Assembly (NCBI GenBank): GCA_004764695.1
Contig: SMSO01000032.1
Span: 1,860,001-1,924,000 of the forward strand
Length of the DNA: 64,000 nt
Direction: 5' to 3'
From: Schizochytrium sp. TIO01
Taxonomy: Eukaryota > Protista > Bigyra: Labyrinthulomycetes
Made by a program: the position numbers and the translations under genes. Below the pieces are notes generated by a model. That model made no database searches, was not told the origin of the DNA, and saw only the letters and a list, made by a program, of their open reading frames with translations. The stretch's first letter is position 1; every line of letters starts with the position of its first letter. Of the stretch, positions 25,934 through 39,000 are shown piece by piece.

Positions 25934-28900
25934 CCAGGGAGATGCTCCTGCTTTAGACTGCCATGCCTGGCTGCTCGGAAAACGGATACGCGAGCGGGCG
26001 TACATTCGATGAGGAGAAGTAGGAACGAGTGGCAGGCTGGCTGGCTTACCGAGGGTTCTGACCTGACGATTAAAATACTTCGAACATCAGTTAGCACTTT
26101 TGTACTTGTAATATGCCCACCGGTGTGAAATTGAGATCAAGTGGGTTCGTGATTTTCTCATGCTTTAGGGGTGAAAGAAGAGAAGTTCTTTCTTTGTCCG
26201 AACTGCAAGAATGGAATAAACAGTGCAACAGACACACCGACGCACAGTGAATAATTTGTTTTAAACTTTGCTCCTTTGTCCTGCCAGATATGTGTACTTT
26301 TGTTGTTCTAGCTAGGCCCTTTCAATTGATACTGGCTCCTGTCGGGAGGTTTTTATGTTCTCTGCATTCATAATCACTTCGGTCGATCGGGCTTTCAAAC
26401 AGGAGGTAATTGCAACGTCGATGCTGTGGTTTCCTTCGAGGAGGTAGCTTGCTGGTATGGCCGAGCCTCCACGGTCTCTTGCATTTTGGCCCTTTCCAAG
26501 GCATATCCTTTTTAGAAATTAAAAGAAAAGAAAGAAAAAAACTCAGAAACAGAATACATCCTATTGAGTCTCCTTTCAAAAAGCAGCAATAATAACAGAT
26601 GACATTGCCTGATCGAACAGCAAAAAAACTTGCGTCGCTTGAATTTCCTCAGAAATCGACAAAAAGGATAATTTATTAAAAAAATAGCCTGAATTTTAAT
26701 TTTAAAATCATGTAAAAGATCTACGTTAAAACAGTGAGGCTAACTACATGATTGCTGCTGCTGTCACCTAGTTACCCACCACTTCCGCATAAGATTTCCT
26801 GTTGGATCAACTGCTCGAAGAATTTTGTTTGGTTTAGTTTGTTTGCCATTTTGTTTGTGGTTGGTTGTATGTTGGTAAGTTTGTTTGTCCTGTTTACTCA
26901 TGTTCATTTATGCCGTGACCTTCTTCTTCTTCTTCTTTTAATTATTTTTATTTTTATTTTTAATAATATTATTATTATCTTCTTGTCTGTTCGTCTGTTC
27001 GTCTGTTCGTCTGTTCGTCTGTTCGGAACTTCGAGGAGACTGCTTCGAATTCAGTGAGCGCAGGAAAAGATGTGTCCGCGAAGCAAACCCACAGAGCGAG
27101 CCCTCCGTCCCTCCTTAAAGCCATCATCATTTCTTAGAAAACCCCTCTTTAAGCTCTTTGGGAAGAGCAAGAGATGGAGTCAACAGAGAGAGAGACAGAG
27201 ATCCTCAAAGAAATTGCAATCACAGATCGTACGAGGTACTAGACACCAGCTACCAGTATCGTTAGTCGCTTCCACCCTCCTCCTGCGTCAAGAAGACGAC
27301 GGAAGAGATAACACACGCAAAGGTTATGATGAGATGGGTGAGAGGACCTTTCACGCACGCAATCAGACAGACACACACGCACGACCAGCAGGCAAGAATA
27401 GCTGAGAGGCTACGGGCTTTGACAACTTAGCTAACGACCTCGATTGGTAGCGATGGGTTTGATTCGCTTAACTTCTCGCAAACTAGGATGCTTCATTAAT
27501 TGATACAACAATGAATAGACCTAGTATCTTTCTGTATTATCTATGTCTTATCCTGTTGGCTCTTCACAGTCTCCTTCAAGCTCGTAAGGATCAAGCCGAG
27601 ACTGAAGAGAGATACTCATACGCACACTCGCACACACGCAATACGAGTGCTACTAGAACGTAAGGAGACTTGGCGGCTCCCAAGAGTACAGGAGCAATTA
27701 GATCGATTGAAAAGCACGGCATCAAATCACAGCTCCTCGCTCCTTTCCGCCCCTACAATACAGCCGCCATTTCGAATGTGAATCGTTCTAATGTAATGGC
27801 GGTACACACGTACACACACGTTCTCTCTCTCTCATTTTCTCTCTGCTTATCGAAGGAGGAGACCCCCAATCGTCTCCCTTGTGCCGAAGAACAAGCGGTA
27901 GCAGCCCATAAGTCCAGTGGATGTAGTGAACTTTGAATAGACTGAACAAGCAGTTCGCACCTGAACAGCCTTCTGCGCTGTTTGGCAGAAAGATGAAAGC
28001 ACTGATTTTTCAAGCTCTAGAGCAAGAAGTTGGAATTTCTTGGGATTTGCAATGCAGACCAAGGCAACTTCGGATGAAGCCTTGAAAATGACAAAGTAGC
28101 ATTCGAATGGGCATTTAAAGTGGGCGAAAGACTACAGCGAATAGAGGCTCAGTTTGATTCACGTGCCCAATAATTTTGTAATTCGAAACAATTTCAGAAT
28201 AATGGGGGAAAACGCGGTGCCCACGCGAACTGAAGTTTTATAAAGACTACCACCGTGGCAAGCCGAACTCTATATGCGCGCTGCTCGCATAATGAATGTG
28301 TACAGCCGTAGCACCAGCTCTATGAGGCGATCAGCTCTAGCAGATATCTGAACTTGAGCAAGTTAAGCCAAGATTACAAAGATATTCTTTCCCTCTTTAA
28401 AATAATATTTTATGTAAAAATGAAAAAAAAAAAGTGAAAGTAACAAAATAATTTCTTTTTTTTTTTTTAAATCTTGAGTATCCAGAATCATTTACCCGTG
28501 GCTGGGATCTATCAATATAAACGGTGCAGCATTTCTGCTTTTGGAGAAAACACTGATGGACCAAAACTCGTTGGTAGGGAGCGAGATGAAACAAAGCCTT
28601 GTGTATCTGCAATCCATTTTCATTGTGGACTCTTCAAATTACACCTAGGATGAAACGTGTCAAATCCGGAGGTAGCTAAGCAGGTAGAAATACAGGTAAT
28701 CTTGCGAGCATCTATAGCATGTAATACTCAAAGTAACTCATAGCCATGCGTCTTGTGCTTTTGTCACTATCTTTGATTGTTGTTAATGCTGTCGTAGATA
28801 GTCGTCTACCACATAGAATATAAATGGAATGTGAACTGCCTACCTACTATTACTACCTATGACGAGGGAGGTAGGTACCTTCTTTGGAAGAGGATATTAG

Positions 28901-31002
28901 GCGATGGAAAGGGCCAATCCTGAATATCCTCTGGCTTGATAACACACCACACAACACCAATTTAAACGCGCAGCACCCAGTCCAGATGCTCGATTCCCTC
29001 GCCATCATAGGGAACCACGCTCTATCCATTTGGCTGAGCAAAAGGTAGATCGATGGTGTGGAGCAAGCGTCTCTTAATTTTCGTGGGACAAAAGGCACAC
29101 CCTGCATTACCTTCTTTTTTCACTGCCTACCTTCCCGGCAGAGGTGTGCAAACAAAAGGAGGTCGACCAAGATTTACATTAAATTTAAACTTGAAGAAGG
29201 CAAAGCACCTAGGAAGGACACGAGCAACTTTGAACAAGTGAAACGATAGCTTACCTCAATCTGCTAAGCCAGCCTAGAACGCGGCAAGTGTGCACCAACT
29301 TGAATAAATCACGACTTGGATACAAGGCAAACACGAAGGACTTCAGGCTATCGAACCGCCTTTCTACACTCTTGAACGCTTCTAAGCCTAGTGGATACTC
29401 GTAAAATTTGATTTTACAACACACGACGTGTGCATCCACTCGATGATCACTACAACCTTTCTTCACCCTATCGATTACAAGATAAATTAATAATCTATCA
29501 ATCGACCAGGCAAGCATGTGTGAGGCATCTCACATAAACCTGAGAATCACGATGCTATCGTTTTTTCTAAACTTCATAAATAAAATTAATTTCATTTCTC
29601 AAGAGTAAACAATGCTTCAAAAACCATGCATTAAGTCGTTATCGTAATACCTGGCCGTGATAAACCCAGCGAGTGATTGTTTTGGCTTGACAATTTTACC
29701 CGAGCTCAACGACTTTAACCTATTACCTGGAACGAGTGAGAAAGCGATAAATCAGTGATCTTAGCAATCACTGACTGAGAACAACAGCAACCACATTACT
29801 CCTCGTGCCCTTTCAGGAGGAGTTTCCAATACATTTCAATGACTTGACTTTCATGGGAAACCTGACGAAGGCAAACCGCCTTGAGGCGTAAGACCTGACA
29901 CGGAATAGCTAATACGTGAGAGCTCAAGAAGAGCTCATGTAGTCTAGGTGAATCCCTCACCCTGTGCTCCTCCTCCTCCTCCTGGAGATCTCTGATTCCA
30001 ACTTGGGCCCGAAGAACTCCAAGTTCTCGCGGCTCCGAGACGGCTCGAGGAAGCAACGGAACCTCTACGAACAGGAAAGCACCAAGTGCCTGCCTACCAG
30101 GAAGGCCTCCTCCCACCTGCGATACCATGCGCACGGAAGTTACCGGGCCCTCCCCGGCAGGCACCACGGCGACTCATTGGCAGTATCCATCTGTCTATAT
30201 CTAGTACCTTCTCCAAAGCCAGCCAGCCCGACTTGTGCTGGAGCTGTGCGTACTGCGAGAGAACGCAAAGGTGCCTGCGCCACTGGCAGCCAGCTGGAGG
30301 CCTTGGAGAAACATGCATGGGCTGCAGCCAAGTTGGCCATCCAAGGTACCCAGGTAGTCAAACCACGGCGGCATTCCTTGCGTTAGATCTTGAATCCCGC
30401 AAAACACGCTGCGATGTGTTTAGGCGGGAACGAAGCTGAAATAGGCAGCTAGCTAGCTGGCTGGCTGCTGTTTACTACCTAGGAACTTGGCTTCAAGGCA
30501 GAAAAAACCCCCAAATCGATGCTTGAGACGTAATGGAGACTCGCATCCGCAGAGCCTGCGAGAGTAGGAAAGCAGTCGGTCGAGTTGAAGAGGACGAAGC
30601 CTTCAAGGTCGAGGCTAGAACAGCTTGAGCCCGAGCAGGGCGGGTGGCCTGATGTCGATGGGAGTTCAAAGTAATAAAGTTGAACTTTCTTTGAAGTGTG
30701 ATCCTGGCGCATCATTCACGGCAGCCCAATCGCCACGAAGGAATATGGTGCTTGTTACCTATTGGCTAATGCGGAATGGGCGATAGCAAACAATCTAGTT
30801 CGACTTGATTGAAGATACCCGCTTCGAGCTTGGACGATCGATTGCTTTCTTTCTTTTCTTCTCACAAGCGCGCATGACAAAGCTGAGCGACGGAGGTTCT
30901 CGATCACGGCAGAGGGTTCTCGCGACTGCTGCCTCGAGCGGTCAGGAGGAGGAGGAGGGCTCCTCTCCTTCCTCTGCTCAAGTGCCTGTGCTCCTTCTTG
31001 AA

Positions 31003-31042
31003 CTTGTTCAAGTTGAACTTGTCTTGTTCAAGTTGAACTTGT
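31003..31042. repeat. 20-bp tandem duplication with internal palindromes
   Basis: cttgttcaagttgaacttgt twice; each copy contains gttcaa-g-ttgaac and caagtt-g-aacttg. Confidence 0.9.
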
Positions 31043-31569
31043 TGGATGCGTGTGGCTCCACGCCGCCTTCCGTTTCTAATCGATCAGAGCAGTCTTCGTC
31101 TCTGGCTAGACCAACACAACACGGACCCATCGTTGCGAGTGCGTAGGAAACTCAGCGCTACGCCCGTTTCCTGCCGTGAACTCGAGATATTTGATATCAA
31201 ATCGCAAGGTCCCTTCAACTTTCGTTGCCATCACCGATAGACTGACTGACTTACAGACAGCGAAGATCGTTCTTCCTTCCTTCTTCCTCCTTTCTTGATT
31301 GATTGATTGAGTGAGTGAGTGAGTGAGTGAGTGAGAGGTGGACAGAGAGCCTGGGAATCCGAACATAGCGGACGCACTGATCGCGAGGCCCGGCCAAGAG
31401 AGGGCCGAGCCGAGCCGGCGCGGCGCGAGCAGAACTTGTTGTGAAAGAAGGCAGAGAGAAAGGAGGTGCACGCGTCTCCGCGAACAGCGCGAGCAGCCTT
31501 GCTTTTGCAGCAAGGACCGAACTTTGGTTTCTTGCTCCAACTTTTATCTTACTTTCGTTCACTTCTGTG

Positions 31570-32070
31570 ACTTTCTTTATGAATTAAAAAAATAATTAAA
31601 AAAAACTTTCTTGCTGTCGAGTGTTCGTTTGTTATACAATGTTTGATTCATGTTGAACACTGCATATTATACTACGGATTGCTATGCACTAGTTGTTAAT
31701 TTCGAAAATACTTTGTTATTAGTAGTTACTAAAATTATTTGAAAATTAAACGAATAGTCAGGTTAATATTTTTTCCACGATCTTATTGGTACACTTTTTA
31801 AAATGTCTACCATTTATTTGATATTGAAAGAAAAATATAAAAAACTTGATTTTTAGTTTTCTAATTTCAATACTTTAAAAATAATAATAAAAAAAACTGA
31901 CTTTTATTCTTTATTTAAAAAAAAATCATTTTTTTAAAGCTTCTTTTTAAAGAAAGACCTTTATCATATTTCTTTAATTTAAATGATATTGTTAATTTCA
32001 TATCATAATGATTTCTGAAAGCATTAACAAGGCAGTAAAACACTTGACCGATAAGTGAATAAATAGAAAG
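31570..32070. other. Very AT-rich block (about 20% GC), longest in the window
   Basis: Hand counts of two lines gave 12% and 27% GC; many A and T runs. Confidence 0.85.
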
Positions 32071-34149
32071 TGAAAATGCGACAAAGCGCAGTCATCCCAA
32101 TCGTCCAACGAGAGTACCTACCATGATAACTGTCTATTAGTTTGTTTGCTCAATCAATCGCTCGACCGATTCATTCATTAATTATATAATTGATTGATTC
32201 ATTGATTCATTGATTCACTGATTGAATATGGCCGCTCGTCCGAAAACCAACTTCAGAATCCGCACCGAATGAAGTGCCTCGCGCCCTCTACTAGGAAGAG
32301 AGATTGGTGCCAGAGCCGTCTGCAGAGAATGCGCGGCCCGTCAGTCAGTCAGGATATCAGCGTATCGGATACAGGAGGTCCAAAGAAGAAGAAACGCTAA
32401 TTCCTCCACATTATCTCTGCCTTGAGTAAGTAGAGTGCTATGTTGGTGCTGAGTAAGTCTTAAAGAGATCGATACAGCTCCCAGTGCCGATATTGTGAAG
32501 CCTAGTTGGCGTAGGACTTCCAGCCAGTAGGGATATAGTGTGGGAGTGTGCGCCGCCGGAAACAGTGTTTTCTCTCGTCGAGAAAGGGAGACTAAAAGAA
32601 AGTGCCGATGTGAAGGTAGGTACTGCTAGGAGGAGCTAGTAGCTGGGCTAGCGAGCGAGAAGCGCCCTGGGCCTCGTGAAGGTTGATTGCAAAATCAGTT
32701 GCCTGACTTAGAGCACTCAGCTCGGGCGAGACAGCGGCCCTTCGTTAGGTTGTTGTGCTTGATCAGTGCGCTGGCGTGCGATACCGAACTAGAACATTGA
32801 TCGTGAGGCATGCAGGCCGGCCGGCCGACATTCTGCAGAGGTACTCGTTGAATTTGCTGTTATGTTTAAGGGAAATTGCGTACCAAGCTTGAAGTGTCAG
32901 GCCGTGAGGATTTGACCTTTGGCACGCGGAATGTAAATCTCACTTTGCTGCACCACTTACCTACCTACCTATCTACGTAGCTACGCGCTCGTGTCGTGTC
33001 GCATGCCGACCTGAAGGAGTGTAGACACTACTAGTATGAAGAGACAAAGCCACGGCGTGATCTAAGAGGGTTGAAAAGACCAGAAATCGCTTACAAGTTC
33101 AACACAGAAGAGAGCTGTTTGTTCGCTCGAGCTGTGAGTGTTCGCTGGAGAGCGGTTTGCTGCTCGCTCGAGGAGTATGGCCAAATCGTCACACCTTGAA
33201 GGCCTCGCAGCTCTTCTTTGATACATTGCATCGAAAGTGTTTCCTGCAAAATCCATGGCAAGAGAAGAAGAACAAGAACAAGTTGCAGCGCCGGATTTGG
33301 GGGACTTCCTTCCGATGGTATGCAACTTCAAATGGACCCACTAGCATCGCACAAAGATGGCCCGCTGCTGATGCTTTGCCATGATAATCAGCCACTTGCA
33401 TGAGGTTTTGTAAGCTAACTTGCGGTTTGTTTTGCGATGACTGCTATAATTTGCGCAATCTGGGCTAGTAAGAGCCACATGTGAAGCTGGATACTTTGCT
33501 TCTTTGGCACAAAGACCTTCGAATACCATCATCATTGTGCGAAGACTAAAAGAAGGACCGCAAGTCAATAAGTTTGGCAAGCAAATGATACGATTGCAAA
33601 ACACAAGTTCAACACCACTCACAATTTAGCTACACAAGATGAACATTAGAACTGTTATAGAATTCAGTCTCTGAATGTGTAGAGTAGGGGAGTAGGTATT
33701 ATAGTTGCAAAATTAAGTAAATGCGATTACTGTTTTTGATGTTTTCCTCTTTTTCGACCATAATGGTTCATCATGATTGCAGGAACGTGACTGAAACAAG
33801 TAACTTCAAGCAAGCAATATTTACAAGCACTAGGTAGTTCCAGCAAAATAGCCCTGCTGAGTTTGGTGCCCTTTTTAATCAATCAAGAAAGTGACGCCAA
33901 GTTGCTAGAGGTGAATAATTTAACTTAAACCGGAACAACAGTATAGCGCAACACTGGCCACGCTCATAAGCCCACTATGCTGAAATCGTAAGCCTTACTA
34001 TCAAGATACTGTTGCCACCCACCGCTTTCATACTTTTTACGATATTTTTAAATGCTACTTTTGCATTGTTTTTCAATCCTATTGTTAATTATAAGTAAAA
34101 GGTTAAGATCCGGGAGCCTCCCTCTTCCGTTTTTAAACTATCGATTGTT

Positions 34150-35340
34150 ATTGTTGCTTTTATTACCTTCAAGTTGAAATTCGATACCAAGTGCTCGCCA
34201 TAGTTGGATCTGATACATCAAGCTTGCAATTGCTTATGGCTTTTTTTCAGCCTACTATATGGTGCCGTGTACACGGGAGCAACCGTGACAGCTAATTTCT
34301 GGTCTAAAAATTGTCTATAAGTAGCTGTCTACCTTTTCTAACAATACTCCAAAGAATTCATTTACTTCTGCTTTGAGAGAGATTGTAGGCACTTTCAAAA
34401 GGAAGGTAGTAATAATAACTATCGTCAAAGTAAGGTTGTAGTTTTTGGATCCTCAGAAGCTTGATATCGCACGCCCCCGCAATACAGTTTAATCAAACCG
34501 TGTTAATAAAATTCATAAGCGTTTCATGAAAAGGTTTTACCTTATTTGTCATACTGAAGGATGGATACCTCCCTTCAAATGATTTGTTGCATAAATCATG
34601 GCTTGCGTCCAGCTCTGAAACTTGGGCTACGGGTATCACACGGGTGGCTTCCACTCTTCCCTTTCGAAAAGGTGCCCTAACCAAATAGTTTGAGGAGCTA
34701 ATCGAGGCATTCAGCTGTTGTTCAATCAACGACCGTTTTGTATTGGCTATGGGTGACATGATTTCGGGACAGTCACTCTCCTCCTCGAACATGACTCCCC
34801 TTGTTGCTGATCAATCAAGCTCGTTGCCTAAATGTGATGGAATCTTAGAAGTAGTGTCTCGAAACGAACCAGCCCAAGTGACGTAGGAATTTTGGACATG
34901 CAAAGTATTGATTTGCCTTTCACCAAAGTAAAAGCGTAAACATATAATGAATTATAGTACCAATGGAATGGCGATCCGAGTGCTAATGATCGAAAACTGT
35001 CGGAAGCAAATGCAGGAAGTAGCCCGGCTAGAAGATAATCATACTCTGGCACAGCTGTGCAAAACTCTCTGATTATGAACCGAAGCTCTTTACAGGCTTT
35101 GTGGTGTCGGCTCTCAATAGTATTAAAACTTGGCTCGAAAGAGCCTTCCTACCATTTTAAATACAAAGCAGGATAAGAAAAACCGTCATTCTCATATTAC
35201 TTGGGCGTGGCCCACTCCCTGGGAACACGCGGCTGCTGGTCAGACTTTAATCTGATCTAAGAATTGGAAATCTTTGGAGCCAAGGCGGTCCAACCTTCAA
35301 TGTGTTTTCCTCTTTTTAACTTCTTATTATACCCCCACCC
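34150..35340 (-). pseudogene. Decayed or short-intron-containing coding relic
   Basis: The frame EGSFEPSFNTIESRHHKACKELRFIIREF...GSPFHW can be spliced (44-nt GTACTA..AAAG) into a frame that reaches the 99-aa ORF 34792-34493 through a single TGA. Confidence 0.3.
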
Positions 35341-36099
35341 CTTCATAGAAGGAATTATATCCCTCTAGAAATTAAAGGGGGTACTTGAGACTTTTCCATT
35401 GCCGTGAATGTGCTTTCTGCACTTTCACATCTAGTATGAGCAGCGACCAGCAGACACCAGACGCAACGACAAGTAAAAAATGGGCCGTATTCCGTGTGGG
35501 ACGATACGGAAGCGAACGCTTCAAACTGTGCAGTCAACTTGAAAACCTATGTTGCGTCGTCTATTGCTGATTGATCCTACACAGCGCGTGATTAGTCTGA
35601 CTCATGAATCTTAGTTAGGAGTCTAGCTAGAGGCGTTTAATCAAGGCGTATTGTTGTACTCAGCTCACAATCATTTTGCAACTGCAGCTGGCTACCATTT
35701 GTTACTACTTGTCATAATGAGCCAGATACTACCCAGTAGTTGCACGCAACAATTTTTGCCAGTACATTAATCCTACTAACTCGCCAGGACTTATTTCGAA
35801 ATCGAACCTAGCCTAATAATACCAAAAGAGCGGATATTCTACCACTCCACGATTATGGATGCTACATGTTTAGGATTCAGAGATAACTTTTAATTTATGT
35901 TACGCTACCATGTGGACCGTCGCATATAAATACAAAAAGTTATGAGCTTCCCTTGAAGATAGTCAACACTAGGAGCGCGCGCGCGCGCGATGTTTGGAGC
36001 TTCCAATTGGAGGTGACATTTATGATATTATGGCATCTCTAAAAATACATTATATTATCAATCAAAGTTCCTGCTTCTCGTAACCTGCTCACTTGCAAC

Positions 36100-39000
36100 T
36101 GACGAGACCGTGCAAGTTGCATCAGTTACAACCTCAGATGATAAATACTTACCTAAATCCTTTTTCAGCCTTTTTTTATTAAAGAACCATCTTTAAACTG
36201 CGTAATTTAAAGGAACACGAATAGGCCGAATTAACAAGAGCAAGAGCCTCGGTCACGGAGTCATATTTTAAAACAGTACAATTGCCAGTTCTGATCGTTG
36301 TAAGATAGTAATTACTTCTCAAACCAAGAAATACCTCTCATTACAAACGCTTTCTAACAAGCATAAAAAAAATAATTCACTTTTAATCTATCGCATATGA
36401 TTGCTGGTACTCTTTGGCTTGAATATACATTGCACGGATATTTCCTAAACCTTATCACTCGATGTCACCGTATCTGTGATGAACAAAGAAACTAAACAAA
36501 GTCTTTAAAAAGATGAACGCAGTGCTAAGAGGAATTGCTCAACTGAACTACATTTAAATATTCTCCTCGTGGGAGGATAGTGTTTAGTCCAACTTTCATT
36601 AGCAGTGTTCTAGATTAAGCATTTTATCTGAAATGAAGTTTACACTGCTTTACTCATTTTCAGTCCATGCTCTCCAATTCAGATTATACAAAAGAATATA
36701 CCCTGATCAGCTGAAGGCAAGGTGGCAAAATTTTGGAGGGCAAATTAAATAGCAGTTTAGAGCCAGCATTATATTGACGTTGTGTTCTGTTTTGAAAGTG
36801 GAAACATCTATCGTCATATCTTATAGGTTTACTCAGACACAACCTGCATGAACGGGTAAATTACTTTGCTCTCACGCAATCAATCAAAATTTTGGATACT
36901 AACGTTCTTCTTGATATTTCCGAGTTGCCATTAAGTGTCTTGATACTTAAGCATTATTTATGCTTAAGTATGGTCATCTAAGCCATTCCAATATGTGCAC
37001 CTATCCTTTAAGGCTCATGCAGGTTGGCTATGAAGTTTTCCGATTTATTGTGCGCGTAATCCTTCTTATAAGCATTTCACCAGTTCCAAACATATTGATC
37101 ATCAGAGCTGTCGCACTGGAACAAGAGGAAATCATATCGCCACGTACAATTGCCTACAATCTTCTGCGTAAATTTTCATGCTGATCTAAACTTTCCTTCC
37201 TGTTCCTCCGTCTTCCGCTTCTGATTTTCATATCCCAAGTAAGCAACTAACATGATTGTCTAGTCTGTTTTACATTGACTTTCCGACGCGTGTCAAGGTG
37301 GATTAAAAGCAGCACCAATTATATTGATGATGAGATCACCAATGATATAGAAGACCCATGTGCCCGATAGAGTCCTCAGCGTATTACTGAATGTCTTAGA
37401 GAAGGAAGGTACGTTTAGAAGTAAGGCTACGACAACCAAATACCTGTTTTAAGAAACCAATAACTCCGAGATCTCTGTTTCACTGAAATTTAGAATAGTA
37501 GGTAAAAAAGATATCATTGAACTGATACTTGAGGGGAAAAGATAACTCGATCGCTTTAGTTTTAATGTCTGTCTCAGCCTTCTGAACCCTGAATGAACCG
37601 ATGCAAATCGTAACTAATTCCGTACATCACCAGATCGCTAACTCTTAAAGACAATATTTACAAATCTACATGAAGCCTTGCTTAAGCCATTCCAGCAACT
37701 TGCCTTCATCTTGCAGGCTACCTCAAGCTGACCAGATAGCGGCTTTCAACAACTTAGACATGCCAATTGAAGCAAAGCAATAATCTCCTGAACTAATTTA
37801 TAAGGCTATTTTGCCGCTCTCTACTTCGAACTGCTCATCATACGGGTTACCATGGCACATCCATATTCTCCAGCTTTGGCTAAAGAGGCACAGGAAACAC
37901 AAGCTTCGAAAGACAGTCTGTCATTTTCATTCCACAAAAGCTTCTTGAAGCAACAGATTCTTAATTCGTAACAAAAGTTCCCATATGGATCCCACCTGGA
38001 GAGAATGGGGCTTTTTGAATATGCAGTACTGTTGGTCAGGTTGTTTGCATATCAATTTAGTTCAGCGCCTACCTTAAATGCTTAGTTTTTTAGAAAGAAC
38101 CTTATCATGATTAAGAACATGATCGAGAATCATAGATTTAGGCCTACAGATAACTATTGGCCCATGCAAAGTTAACCTCAAGTGTGCGCCCAAGTGAGGT
38201 GCGTTGCTGGAGATATCTTTTTTTAACGTTAAGACATTGATCACCAACAAAGCAGCTCTATAGTCTACATGAATGCAGCAATTTTAAAAGCAGCAGCAGT
38301 ATATCTCAAAACATATCCAGAAGCTTGCGCTGCAACCTTTTCAGATCAGCATAACACTGTGAAGAATGTAAGTGATCATCATTCCCAGCTAGTCCCAAAT
38401 AGTTTTCAATATTTTGCCACTGTTTGTGAGTGGTTTTGTTAGTCTGCTCGGATTAGGCATTATCAAACTTCCCATGATCAAAGTAATGTTCAATTGCCTC
38501 TTTGAATCAGCAAGCTCGAAGACCCACAAGGCTATTTTTCATAAACTCCCTTCAAGGCTTGTGTAAATTCGGTGTTTGATAGATAGCTTTGATCCTCGAA
38601 GTTTGTGGTGATTAAATGATATTAGAAGGGTAACATTGACCTAATTGCTTTCAGAACAAGTTATACGAAGACTATTGTACAAAGTGTATAACCTGCCCGA
38701 CCTAACTTACAAAAACGTGTTCCATCTGCAAACAAATTGGACACCGACCTACTGTCTGCCCAGCAAACCGTCGAGATAGCAAGCACAACCGATAAATTAA
38801 TGTCGGCATCACTCTTCGATACCATTTTATAGAGGCCTTTGCTGAGATCCCCAATTGAAGGAACTAGTGGACAAGACATTGCTAGAGTTCTTGGTGTCCC
38901 TTTGTAAAACCCCATTAGACATAAGGTTTACGATAGAGCAAGAATAGGCAGCCAGACTCATGTGGCTGCCAAAGCCAAGAACTTGAAGTGTGAATACATA

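Noticed and set aside
23121-34122. Exact 16-mer gatccgggagcctccc at 23121 and 34107
   Set aside because: About one such match is expected by chance in this window; flanks do not align.
36145-36154. ATACTTACCT matching the U1 snRNA 5' end
   Set aside because: No downstream U1 structure or Sm site; better explained as a minus-strand splice donor.
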